Under the pieces are notes generated by a model. That model made no database searches. It saw nothing but the letters and a program-made list of their open reading frames with translations, and was not told the origin of the DNA. Shown here one piece after another: positions 18,928-28,028 of a DNA stretch of 64,000 bases. Position numbers and translations under genes: made by a program. Numbering within the stretch: position 1 is the stretch's first letter; each line of letters begins with the position of its first letter. Location: positions 3,360,001 to 3,424,000 of the forward strand of contig CBDCXR010000004.1 of NCBI GenBank assembly GCA_965223845.1, given 5' to 3'. The stretch comes from Planctomycetota bacterium. Lineage in GTDB: Bacteria; Planctomycetota; UBA8108; SXIK01.

Positions 18928-19776
18928 ATGGGGAGGCCGCGCGTCGCTTCGGATTCGCGTCTCACGGAAACGATTTCGCTCGACGAGTCGACGCAGTGCC
19001 TCGCGCTCTTCGGCGGAGTCTACTCGAACTGGCTCGCGCTCGAGGCGGCGATCGCAGACGCGCGCGCGTGCGGCGCCAGGGCTCTCTTTTGTCTCGGCGA
19101 CCTCGGCGCGTTCGGGCCGCACCCCGATCGCGTGTTCCCCATCCTCAAGCAACACGACGTGGTGACGATCAAGGGCAACTACGACGACTCGCTCGCGCGC
19201 GGACTCGATGATTGCCAGTGCGGTTACACCGATCCCCGCGACAATCATTTCGCGAGTATCAGCTACCGCTACACCTTCACCGGCACCTCCGCCTCGAACA
19301 AGCGCTGGCTCGGCGAACTCCCCGATCAGCTCGTCCTCGAGCACGCCGGCCGCCGAATCATCCTCTGCCACGGCTCGCCGCGGCGGACGAACGAGTTTCT
19401 GTGGGAGTCGACGAGCTCCGACTCGTTTCTCGAGAAGATTTGCCGCGACGCCGGCGCAGACGTCCTCGCGTGCACGCACACCGGGATCCACTGGCAGCGA
19501 CGACTGCCCTCGGGGCGACTGGTCGTCAACGTGGGCGTGCTCGGGCGACCGGCCAACGACGGCTCGACGTGCGTCTGGTACGCCCTCCTCCGCCGCGGAA
19601 GGGAGGGCGGTTGGAGCGCCGAGTTTCGTCCCGTCGGGTACGATCACGAGCGGCTCGCGGAAGCGATGATCGCCGAGGAGCTGCCGATCGAGTTCGTCGA
19701 CACCATCCGAACCGGCTGGTGGACGACGTGCCTCGAGATCCTTCCCGCGAAGGAGCGCCGCCGAGGGCGCTGGTGA
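18928..19776 (+). CDS. Metallophosphoesterase-family protein with non-canonical metal motifs
   Basis: GGVYSN, LGDL, GNYD, HGSP, THTG and VNVG motifs; DCQCGY insert. Confidence 0.85.
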   Translation: MGRPRVASDSRLTETISLDESTQCLALFGGVYSNWLALEAAIADARACGARALFCLGDLGAFGPHPDRVFPILKQHDVVTIKGNYDDSLARGLDDCQCGYTDPRDNHFASISYRYTFTGTSASNKRWLGELPDQLVLEHAGRRIILCHGSPRRTNEFLWESTSSDSFLEKICRDAGADVLACTHTGIHWQRRLPSGRLVVNVGVLGRPANDGSTCVWYALLRRGREGGWSAEFRPVGYDHERLAEAMIAEELPIEFVDTIRTGWWTTCLEILPAKERRRGRW

Positions 19777-19895
19777 GCACGGGACACTGTGTCGCGGCGA
19801 TCCCTCCCGAGCGCCCGCGGGTTTTTCGTCGATAGGGTCCAAATCCGGTCGCTATCATCCGTCCTGAACGGTGGCAGAAGATAGGAGATCGGACG

Positions 19896-20879
19896 ATGGC
19901 TGAGCGATCGTTTCTCGTAGCCTTCGTGCTCGGGAGCCTCGCGAGTTCCGCCGGCTTCGGTCAGGACGAGCCGTGCGCGGGCGACGAGAGCGCGGAGCTG
20001 ATCTTTCAAGTGGAGAATGTTGGGCAGACGAGCGAGCCCTTCGCGGGCGCGAGCGCGGAGCGGATCGACCGAGCCGCCGGCGAGCGCGAGCTCTACGTCG
20101 GGATCGTCTCGAACCTCGATCGCGGCGCTCAGGGGTGGATGTTCGGTTTCGACGTCCGCGGCGACATCGACGTGTTCGCACCCTCGACCGATGGCACGGT
20201 CGGAAGTCCGGCCGAAAACGGTCCGCCGGGTCTGTTCGCGGTCGGATTTCAAAAGACCGAGTCGAAGCGAGACGTGTGGGGTTACGAGCGCGGGGTGGTG
20301 TCCTCGGTGATCCTGAGCTTCCAAGATCCTTCGATCCGCCTCGATCCGGTCGGTACGGCGACCGTGCTCGCGTTCCGGGTGAGCGGCGAACCGGGTTCCG
20401 AAGGTACGCTCTTCTTTACCCTCGGCGAGTTTGGCGGACCGATCGATGGCGATCCCCCTCCCGGCGCGGCGGACGAACCGGATGGCGAGGCCGGATCCCT
20501 TCCCCCGAGTCAGGCCGGCGTCCACCTAGACCTCGCCGATAGCGAGTTCCTTCTTTTCTGCTCGGCGAGTCGAGTCACGGTGCGATTCCACGACGCGGTG
20601 TTCGTTCGCGGGGACGCAAACGACGACGGCGCCTTCAACATCGCCGATGCGATTCACATGCTGAACTACCTCTTCGACTTCGGGCAGACGCATCCCCTTC
20701 CCTGCGCGGACGCCGGAGATACGAACGACGACGGCTCGCTCAACATCTCCGATCCGATCTACGGTCTCGGGCACCTCTTTCTCGAGCTGCCCATGCCCCC
20801 GCCGCCGTTCGAGCGCTGCGGAGCGGATCCGACGAGTGACGCGCTCGGCTGCGAAGCGAGCGCCGGGTGCGGGGAGTAG
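19896..20879 (+). CDS. Secreted protein with cohesin-like region and C-terminal dockerin-like domain
   Basis: AGGAG RBS; signal peptide; AQGWMFGF beta-sandwich segment; [10 protein letters not shown]...DTNDDGSLNISD...DPTSDALGC tail. Confidence 0.82.
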   Translation: MAERSFLVAFVLGSLASSAGFGQDEPCAGDESAELIFQVENVGQTSEPFAGASAERIDRAAGERELYVGIVSNLDRGAQGWMFGFDVRGDIDVFAPSTDGTVGSPAENGPPGLFAVGFQKTESKRDVWGYERGVVSSVILSFQDPSIRLDPVGTATVLAFRVSGEPGSEGTLFFTLGEFGGPIDGDPPPGAADEPDGEAGSLPPSQAGVHLDLADSEFLLFCSASRVTVRFHDAVFVRGDANDDGAFNIADAIHMLNYLFDFGQTHPLPCADAGDTNDDGSLNISDPIYGLGHLFLELPMPPPPFERCGADPTSDALGCEASAGCGE

Positions 20880-20922
20880 CGACGGCGCTGCCGCAACGAG
20901 CTTCCACTCGCCGGCGGGCCGA

Positions 20923-21369
20923 TTACTCCATGTCGTCGCGAGCGAGCGCGACGATGACGAGCACCTGATCGCCCTCTCGCTCGACGATCTCGAAATCGAC
21001 GAGATCCCAGGTCTCGTCGCGCGCGAGCAGTGCTTCGAGCTCGTCGGCGATGCGGTCCACCGTCGTCGCGATCTCTTCGACTCGATGGCGGATGCGTGGC
21101 TGGCGGTACTCGAGGTTCTCGAGGAGCGCGTTCAACGCGCTCAGGCGCGCGCTGTAGCGGTCCTCGATCTCCTGCAGCTCGAAGCTGAAGGCGCCGTCCG
21201 ATCCCGAGGCGTGGAGAAGGCCCTCGCGGTGGGAGAGGATATCCTCGGTCATCTGCGCGAGAAGCATCTCACGCGCTTCGAGGAGAACGTGGAGAGCGTC
21301 TTTCATCCGACGACTCTCGCGGAAATCGGCGTCGAGGTCGGAATCTACGCCGGAAGGTTCTCTGCGCAT
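20923..21369 (-). CDS. Hypothetical acidic coiled-coil protein
   Basis: Coding-like composition from MRREPSG; no family recognised. Confidence 0.65.
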   Translation of the reverse strand: MRREPSGVDSDLDADFRESRRMKDALHVLLEAREMLLAQMTEDILSHREGLLHASGSDGAFSFELQEIEDRYSARLSALNALLENLEYRQPRIRHRVEEIATTVDRIADELEALLARDETWDLVDFEIVEREGDQVLVIVALARDDME

Positions 21370-21570
21370 GCGCTTCTCCACGCAACGTCGCGTCGACTCT
21401 CCGCCCCACGAGTCCACCGCGTCAATCGGCGCTACGGACGCCGGCACAACTGAGGGACTAATGTAGCACGGGCACCGCCGACGAAACAGCCCCAACCGAG
21501 CCGCGTTCTCGATCCGCGCAGTGGTTTGGTCGCCCGCGCGTCCAGTCGAGATCCGCGGGGCGCCAGCCCG

Positions 21571-22353
21571 CTACCACTCGAGCGAGAGACCGACGCCGAT
21601 GTTGATCGAGTCGAACTGAATGCGGTCGTCGACCTCGCGACGGTCACCGCCGATCTTGACGTCGATCTTGTCCTGCGGAACGAAATCGTAGGTGACGTTC
21701 GCGAACAGGTGACCGTTCTTCCACAGGCGGTACCGCACCTCGGCGGACGGCCGGAGCACGAAGCCGAAAAACGGAACCAACTCGAACTCGGAGCCTGCCG
21801 CCGCGAACTGATCCTCGAGGAACGGATCCTCGTCGCCCGTGATCGCGACGAGACCGGCGCCGAGGCCGAAGCGAAAGCCCCACGCACCGGGCTCGGTCGA
21901 AGGCTTCGAAAGCGGGACATCGTAGTCGAAGTGGAGAAGAACCGAGTACCGGTCGATCGTATCGTAGAGCGAGGATGCCTCGGTGCTGTCGAGGTCACTT
22001 CCCGCCCCCTGATCGATGCCGTGGTGGGAGTAGGAGAACGACATTCCCGCATAGAGATTCTTGCTGATCTCGAGGGCGAACTTCGCGCCGACACCACCGC
22101 CGACGTCGATGTTGCTGTCGATGGGAATCGCGGCTCCGCCGTAAATGTCGAATTGAGCGTGCTGGTGGAGCATCGCGTTCTCGGCCACCGACTGCTCGGT
22201 GATCGGATCCGTTTCGTAGCTCTCGCCGAACGCGTCCTTGTACTCGGGCGGGTCGATCTCGTTCTGCGACGCGCAGCTACCCAGCGCTACGGCCAAGAGA
22301 CAAAGACCAAAGCTCCTCAACGCGAGCGGAGCTCCAGAGCGGAGAACGGACAT
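21571..22353 (-). CDS. Outer-membrane beta-barrel (OmpA/OmpW-like) protein with lipobox
   Basis: AAAGGAGG RBS; LGSC lipobox; amphipathic beta-strands; C-terminal beta-signal GVGLSLEW. Confidence 0.82.
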   Translation of the reverse strand: MSVLRSGAPLALRSFGLCLLAVALGSCASQNEIDPPEYKDAFGESYETDPITEQSVAENAMLHQHAQFDIYGGAAIPIDSNIDVGGGVGAKFALEISKNLYAGMSFSYSHHGIDQGAGSDLDSTEASSLYDTIDRYSVLLHFDYDVPLSKPSTEPGAWGFRFGLGAGLVAITGDEDPFLEDQFAAAGSEFELVPFFGFVLRPSAEVRYRLWKNGHLFANVTYDFVPQDKIDVKIGGDRREVDDRIQFDSINIGVGLSLEW

Positions 22354-22574
22354 TCTTGTTCCTCCTTTGACGTCCTCGAGGGAAAACTCGAGGGCTTGTG
22401 CGCGCGGCTGAATCGGGGGCGACCGGTGACGGCGAGGACGAGCTCGATCGACGCGGCTCGGTGCGTGCGGTCGGTGCGGTGGAATCCCTTGCAGACGACC
22501 CACGCCGCGGCGTCGCGTCGCCCCGAAGGGTTCGCAACTCAGTTCGTTCGGTTCTCTAACTGGGGGATAAGCTT

Positions 22575-23063
22575 AGACGTGTGCTGCCCTGCGGCAGGAG
22601 ACCCATTCGCCGGCACCCCATCGGGGATTTCGTCACGAGAAGGAGCCGCCGTCCCTGGCCTCGGGCGATCGCGGCAAACCATCTCGCGAAGCGGAGTCAA
22701 CACTCCTTAGGCGAGACGACACGCAGCGAGCACGCCGATTCGATCACACGAGAGTCAGATCGAGCAAAGCGGGGAGACGGATCCGTTGCGACAGAAGCCG
22801 ACGCAAGGATTGGTGAGAAGATAGAACCCAACGGTATCATTCGGGTGTCGCCTTTTCAATGGGCTACCCCCGCGACGCTGGCGTACGAAACTTCCTGTCG
22901 CACCAACCGTTGCGTCGACGCGAAACGAGCCGAAACGCAAGCGGCGGGCCGAACTCGGGCGGGGCTCGAGTCCGCACCGGCGAACTTGCCGAATCCTCAT
23001 TGGAGGTCCGCTTCGCTGGGCAAACATCGCGCAAACTGGCCGGCGAACGGGCAGAGGGTTTGC
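22575..23063 (+). ncRNA. Candidate structured non-coding region
   Basis: ORF-free, lower GC, many hairpins with G-U pairs favouring the + strand; ends in a motif shared with the 9.6 kb and 14.8 kb loci. Confidence 0.3.
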
Positions 23064-23098
23064 GAGAGCGGCACGTCGCCTGACCAACGGGCGCCCGG

Positions 23099-24637
23099 TC
23101 AAGAACCGAACAAGGTCTCGAGGCGCGACATCCAGCGATCGTCGAATGAATCGGCCGCGCGCTCCGACCCGCCAGCGAACACACAACGAAAGAGCTGCTC
23201 GCCGAGGCGATCGGGATCGATCGCCGACGACGTACCGCCGCCCGCCCGCGCGATCCGCTCGAAGTACGGGACGCGTTCGGTCGCGCCCTCGGTCCGAAGC
23301 TCGACCGCATGAAACCGCACGCCCTCCTGGTGTCGCGCGTTCTCGACGAGGCTCGCGAGATCGCGCTGCTCGTCGTACGGAGGAGCCGCGTCGCCGACGA
23401 CGATCACATGCTTCGCGGCGCGCGTTCGCCACGGGAATCGCCCGCGTCCGAGCGACGCCCGAACCGCGGCGTGAACGGCTTCCGGAACATCGCCTCCACC
23501 CTCCGCGGTCAGCTCCCGGATTCGGGCGAGCTGCTCTTCGACGGAGACTTCGAATCCGCTCGTTGCGACGACGCGATCACGGTAGACGATCACGCCGAGG
23601 CGCGCACCGGGCAGCCCCCACGCGATCGCCGTCCAGGCCCACGCGAGCTCGCGGACCACCGCACGAAACGCCGGCTTCATGCTCTCCGACGCGTCGACGA
23701 GGATCACCAGATCGAGCCCGTCCCGCTCTCCACTCTCGATCGTCGCGAACGATCGTTCGCGCGCCGTAGCTTGATCGGCGTGCGAACGCAAATCCGCGAT
23801 GACCGCATCTGCGTCGGTCCCGCTCATCTTCGGCGTGTCCCCGTCCGGATAGAGCGCCGACAGCGCGGAAGCGAGCGCGCGTCTCGACGGATCCCGCTCT
23901 AGCTGTGCACGTACGTACGCGATCCAGGCGAGCGCTCGCGGACCGGGGGCTGCGGCAACTCCACCGGACGCTACGTAGGCCTCGAGCTTCTCGATCGCGC
24001 GCGCACGGATTCTCGCGTCTCCGTCGAGCAGGAATGCGCTCCTCCATTCGGCCCCGCCACCTTCGCGTTCGAGGAGAAAGAGTCGACTGAGCGGCGCCCG
24101 GTCGGGAAAGACACCTCGCGGGGACTCCGCGCGCACCGCGACGGCAGTCTCCGCCGGAGGTTCGGAACTCGCGTCGGGCGCGTCGACATGTTCGCTCGAC
24201 CGAGAGTCCTCCGGCGCCGGAGCGCGGAGCGGCTCGGAATCGTCCGGCGAGGGAAGAAGACCGGAGCCGACACGCCGAGAGTCCGCGGCCCCGTTCGGGT
24301 CGGCCGGCGGGACGCTGAGTGCACGGGTCTCCGCTTCGATCACGCGGGTCGAACCGCGCGCTCTATCCGCGTTCGATTCGTCGATCGCGGGTGTACCCAC
24401 GGTCGCGCCCGCGGCGTCGCCCGCGGCGCCCGCGGCGCTCGTCTCGACGCGCTCCGGCGCGGCGCGCTCCGCCTGCGAGTCACCGTTCGCGAGGCGATCG
24501 AGCTGAAGGTACAGGAGAAGGAGCCCGATCGAGTTCACGAGCAAACAGAGGACGACGACGCCGAGGAGCACGTACACCCACTCGCCGTAGCGGAGCTGAA
24601 GCTCCTGCCCACAACGGCACCGCACTTTCACGGACAT
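23099..24637 (-). CDS. Membrane-anchored vWA domain protein
   Basis: N-terminal CRCG plus TM helix; low-complexity linker; MIDAS DASES, GGGDVPE and VVGDA motifs. Confidence 0.85.
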   Translation of the reverse strand: MSVKVRCRCGQELQLRYGEWVYVLLGVVVLCLLVNSIGLLLLYLQLDRLANGDSQAERAAPERVETSAAGAAGDAAGATVGTPAIDESNADRARGSTRVIEAETRALSVPPADPNGAADSRRVGSGLLPSPDDSEPLRAPAPEDSRSSEHVDAPDASSEPPAETAVAVRAESPRGVFPDRAPLSRLFLLEREGGGAEWRSAFLLDGDARIRARAIEKLEAYVASGGVAAAPGPRALAWIAYVRAQLERDPSRRALASALSALYPDGDTPKMSGTDADAVIADLRSHADQATARERSFATIESGERDGLDLVILVDASESMKPAFRAVVRELAWAWTAIAWGLPGARLGVIVYRDRVVATSGFEVSVEEQLARIRELTAEGGGDVPEAVHAAVRASLGRGRFPWRTRAAKHVIVVGDAAPPYDEQRDLASLVENARHQEGVRFHAVELRTEGATERVPYFERIARAGGGTSSAIDPDRLGEQLFRCVFAGGSERAADSFDDRWMSRLETLFGS

Positions 24638-24768
24638 GGACGCTCTCCGGGCCAGGACGAGACTCACCCTTACGTCGTTCTACCGTCGAGTCGACGAGCC
24701 AACAAGGGCCGCGGCCGAACTGAGAACGAGTCGACACGCCGGCACGAAGGGCTCTCGGTGAGACGACG

Positions 24769-24804
24769 CGAGGCCCGACGACTCATCGGAGTCGTCGGGC
24801 CTCG
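24769..24804 (-). terminator. Perfect 16-bp hairpin downstream of lexA
   Basis: CGAGGCCCGACGACTC-atcg-GAGTCGTCGGGCCTCG; no U-tract. Confidence 0.5.
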
Positions 24805-24838
24805 TTCACGAAGTCGTGCTGCCTACGGAGCGGGAATC

Positions 24839-25498
24839 TCAGGCGGACGCCGCGTCGCTGCCAACGGCCGGCCACGAACCGGGGTGGCGGCTCGTTTGGT
24901 TCTCGACGTGACGCAGCACGCCGATCACCACGCCGCGGATCTCGACATCCTTCACGTCCATCGTGTCAGACGCGTCGGCGATTCCACAGAGATAGGGCTC
25001 GTCGCCGCTGTTGTGGTAGCGCTTGAGGGTCGCTTCTCCGCCCGCGAGTACCGCGATGATCGTCTCGCCATCGTGGGGCTCGGTGCGGCTCTCCGCAATG
25101 ACGTAGTCGCCTTCCGCGATGTTCGCGTCGCGGAGGGAGCTGTCGGAGACGCGCAGAACGTAGTAGCGCTTCCCGACGGGAAGCAGGTCGGCGATGTTGA
25201 GGTGCTCTCGCTTTTCGGCGACCTCGAGCGGCGAGCCCGCGCTGAACGAGCCGAGCATCGGAATCTGAAAGCGGTTGTTGCGCTCCTCGACGGGAACGAG
25301 AAGCTCGATCGAACGCGCCCGGAACTTCTCGCGCTTCAGCGCGCCCTTGCGTTCTAGCTGGTTGATGTGTTCGTAGATCGTGATCTTCGTAACACCGAAG
25401 TACTCAGCGATTTCCTCGAGCGTGGGGCTGATTCCGCGCTCGGCTCGGAACTGCTGAATGAACTCCATGATGTTCAGCTGTTTCTCAGTGAAGTACAT
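24839..25498 (-). CDS. lexA: SOS repressor LexA
   Basis: TEKQ...GISPTLEEIA...EHINQLERKG wHTH; SAG cleavage site; DSSL Ser and EATLKR Lys of the S24 domain. Confidence 0.93.
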   Translation of the reverse strand: MYFTEKQLNIMEFIQQFRAERGISPTLEEIAEYFGVTKITIYEHINQLERKGALKREKFRARSIELLVPVEERNNRFQIPMLGSFSAGSPLEVAEKREHLNIADLLPVGKRYYVLRVSDSSLRDANIAEGDYVIAESRTEPHDGETIIAVLAGGEATLKRYHNSGDEPYLCGIADASDTMDVKDVEIRGVVIGVLRHVENQTSRHPGSWPAVGSDAASA

Positions 25499-26867
25499 GA
25501 AGCGAACCTTTCGGGGAAAAGACCCCCCACGCGCGTCAAGAGGAGTGTGAGTTTGTCGGTGATTGCGCGCTGGAGGTAGGAACGGAATGGGGACCTTCGT
25601 CGGAGACGAACAACTCCCGCGACACGGGTCGCGGGCTCTAACGCCGCCCGTCGCACGCGATCCACGGATCGGTGGGATCGCTCGACTCTCTGTCACCCGT
25701 GAGGACTCCGTCTCGGTCTCTCCCCCCGGAGAGATCGCGCCGCCGATCCGAAGGATCGAGCGCCGCGCCATCCCGAACGTCGACGTTCCGCGTTCGCAGA
25801 AGATAGCCCGCCGCGCTTCACGTCAGCGCGGCCGGATAGAGCGAGTCACTCTCGGAAGCAAACTCTTATGTCAATTCAAAGTAGTAATAAATAACGATTC
25901 TTTCTTCCGAACCGGAGCGAGTCATACCGCACCCGGAGGCATCGGCAACTGTGTGGTGATTTCAGGTGATCGGAATTCGAATCCTGCTCGTCAGCGGGGG
26001 CCGGCGGAGAACCGGATGCCGAGAGCTCCGCGCGCTTCTCGACCGCCGACGCTCGGTCCGCTCGGGCGAGCGGCCGGGTACCGTCCGGCGGCCGTCCCGA
26101 CGCGAACCACCACTGCGGTGGACGTCTGGGTCGGCGATCGATCGAAGTCTGCTCAACGTCCGCGCTTCGCAGAGGCGAAGCTCCGGGATCCCGGGGCCCC
26201 GCTCGTCCCCGCGATGAGGCCGCGAGGAAGGAGACAGGCACCCGTGCGATCGGGGTGAACGTCGAACTCGAGAGACAATCTTGCGTCGAGAAACACGCGA
26301 TCAACGGCCGGCGGTGCACTGGGGACAGCGCGGCGTGTCCGGCCGGATCGTCCACCTCGCGGAACCGCCTGAATTAAGGCGTCCGGCGGGGCCTGAACGA
26401 CGGGTTCCATCCTACCACCAAAGCCCCACCTTCCTACCCGCTTTCTGCTTACGGTTCGCCGTCCGAGACTCTAATCTCGCGCCCGACCGCACCCGAGCGG
26501 CGCAGGCGGCCGGAGTCTTCGGTGTGATCTCGACGTTTGGGGCGTTCGACATCACGACCATGACTTCGAGCGCGAGACAAAAGACCATCGCCGGCGCCGC
26601 CGGTGTACGTGGGCATCGCCGCTCTGACCCGCGCGCTCACAGGCGTTCGCCTCCTCCGCCTTCTTCTCTCACCTCGTCCACGCTGACCTCCGGTGGAAAC
26701 GACGGGTCTCTTGTCACCCGGCTCGTCGTTCCGCGCGCCTCGGACCGCGTCGACCCGACACGCCGCGCCTGGTTTACCTGCTCGGCTTGCTTCTCCAATC
26801 GCCCTTTGGTTCAATCCACCGCGATCACCTTACGAATACCGAAAAACGCCGCGGAGAACCGGACGCG

Positions 26868-27905
26868 ATGGCAAGCGCGAAGAAGGGTATCGGATTCGGA
26901 ATCGTCGGTATGGGTTTCATGGGAAAGACCCATCTCGACGCGGCGGCGAAGATGCGCGGGGGGCGCGTGCGCGCGTTCGTGACGTCGGATCCGCGAAAAG
27001 CGAAGGGCGACTTCCGCGGCGTCGGCGGAAACTTCGGCGGCTCGGGCACTCGCGTCGACGTGTCGCGGATGAACGTCTACCCGACGCTCGACGAGCTGCT
27101 CGCGGACGACGCGGTCGACGTCGTCGATATCTGCCTCCCGTCCTACCTCCACGCGAAGACGGCCGAGCGCGTTCTCCGCGCCGGAAAGGACGTCCTCGTC
27201 GAGAAGCCCATCGCCCTCGCGACGAGTGAAGCGGACCGGATGATCCGAACCGCAAAGAAGAGTCGCCGCCTCCTTCTCGTCGGACAGGTGCTCAAATTCT
27301 TTCCCGAGTTCGCCCGACTCGAGCGCGCCATCGAGACGGAAGAGTGGGGAAAGCTGCTCTCGCTTCACCTTCGCCGGATCATCGCGAAACCGAGCTGGAG
27401 CGCCGATAGCTGGTTCGCCGACGCGAAGCGATCGGGCGGAATGACCGTCGACCTCCATATCCACGACACCGACTTCATGGTGTACCTCTTCGGAAAACCC
27501 CGTGCCGTTTCGTCGAGCGGACTCATCCGCGACCGGACGCTCGACCGCATTCGGACGACCTACCACTATCGCGGGCGCGGGAAACCGCTCCTCACCGCCG
27601 AAGCCGGCTGGATCAACGGCGCGTCGCTTCCGTTCGAGCACGGCTACGACGCCTACTTCGAAAAGGCGTCGCTCCACTACAACTCCTCGCACGCACCCGT
27701 TCCCGTCCTCTACGGGGCGAAATCAGCGCGCAAGCTGAAACTCCCGGCCCGCGACGGGTTCACGGTCGAGCTGGAGGCCGCGGCGGGCGCGGTGCGCGCG
27801 CGAAAGGTTCCGCGAGGTCTCGCCCCGGAGATCGCGGCGATGTCCCTCGCCGTCTGTCGCGCCGAGGAGAAATCGGCTCGCTCGGGGAAGGCCGTCGAGC
27901 TCTAG
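26868..27905 (+). CDS. Gfo/Idh/MocA family oxidoreductase
   Basis: GMGFMG, VEKP and DLHIHD motifs. Confidence 0.92.
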   Translation: MASAKKGIGFGIVGMGFMGKTHLDAAAKMRGGRVRAFVTSDPRKAKGDFRGVGGNFGGSGTRVDVSRMNVYPTLDELLADDAVDVVDICLPSYLHAKTAERVLRAGKDVLVEKPIALATSEADRMIRTAKKSRRLLLVGQVLKFFPEFARLERAIETEEWGKLLSLHLRRIIAKPSWSADSWFADAKRSGGMTVDLHIHDTDFMVYLFGKPRAVSSSGLIRDRTLDRIRTTYHYRGRGKPLLTAEAGWINGASLPFEHGYDAYFEKASLHYNSSHAPVPVLYGAKSARKLKLPARDGFTVELEAAAGAVRARKVPRGLAPEIAAMSLAVCRAEEKSARSGKAVEL

Positions 27906-28028
27906 CGCCGTCCCGGTGCTCCGATCGCCGCTGGTCGCGGACGGATTTTCGAACGACGATCGTTATAATTCGGGCGTACCCACGACCGCCTTCGAGGCTC
28001 TCTTCGAACTCTCCCCGAGGCCCGTATC

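Noticed and set aside
22672-22710. c-di-GMP-I riboswitch (GGCAAACC)
   Set aside because: Lacks the GAAA-loop P2 and the downstream GACGCAAAG consensus.
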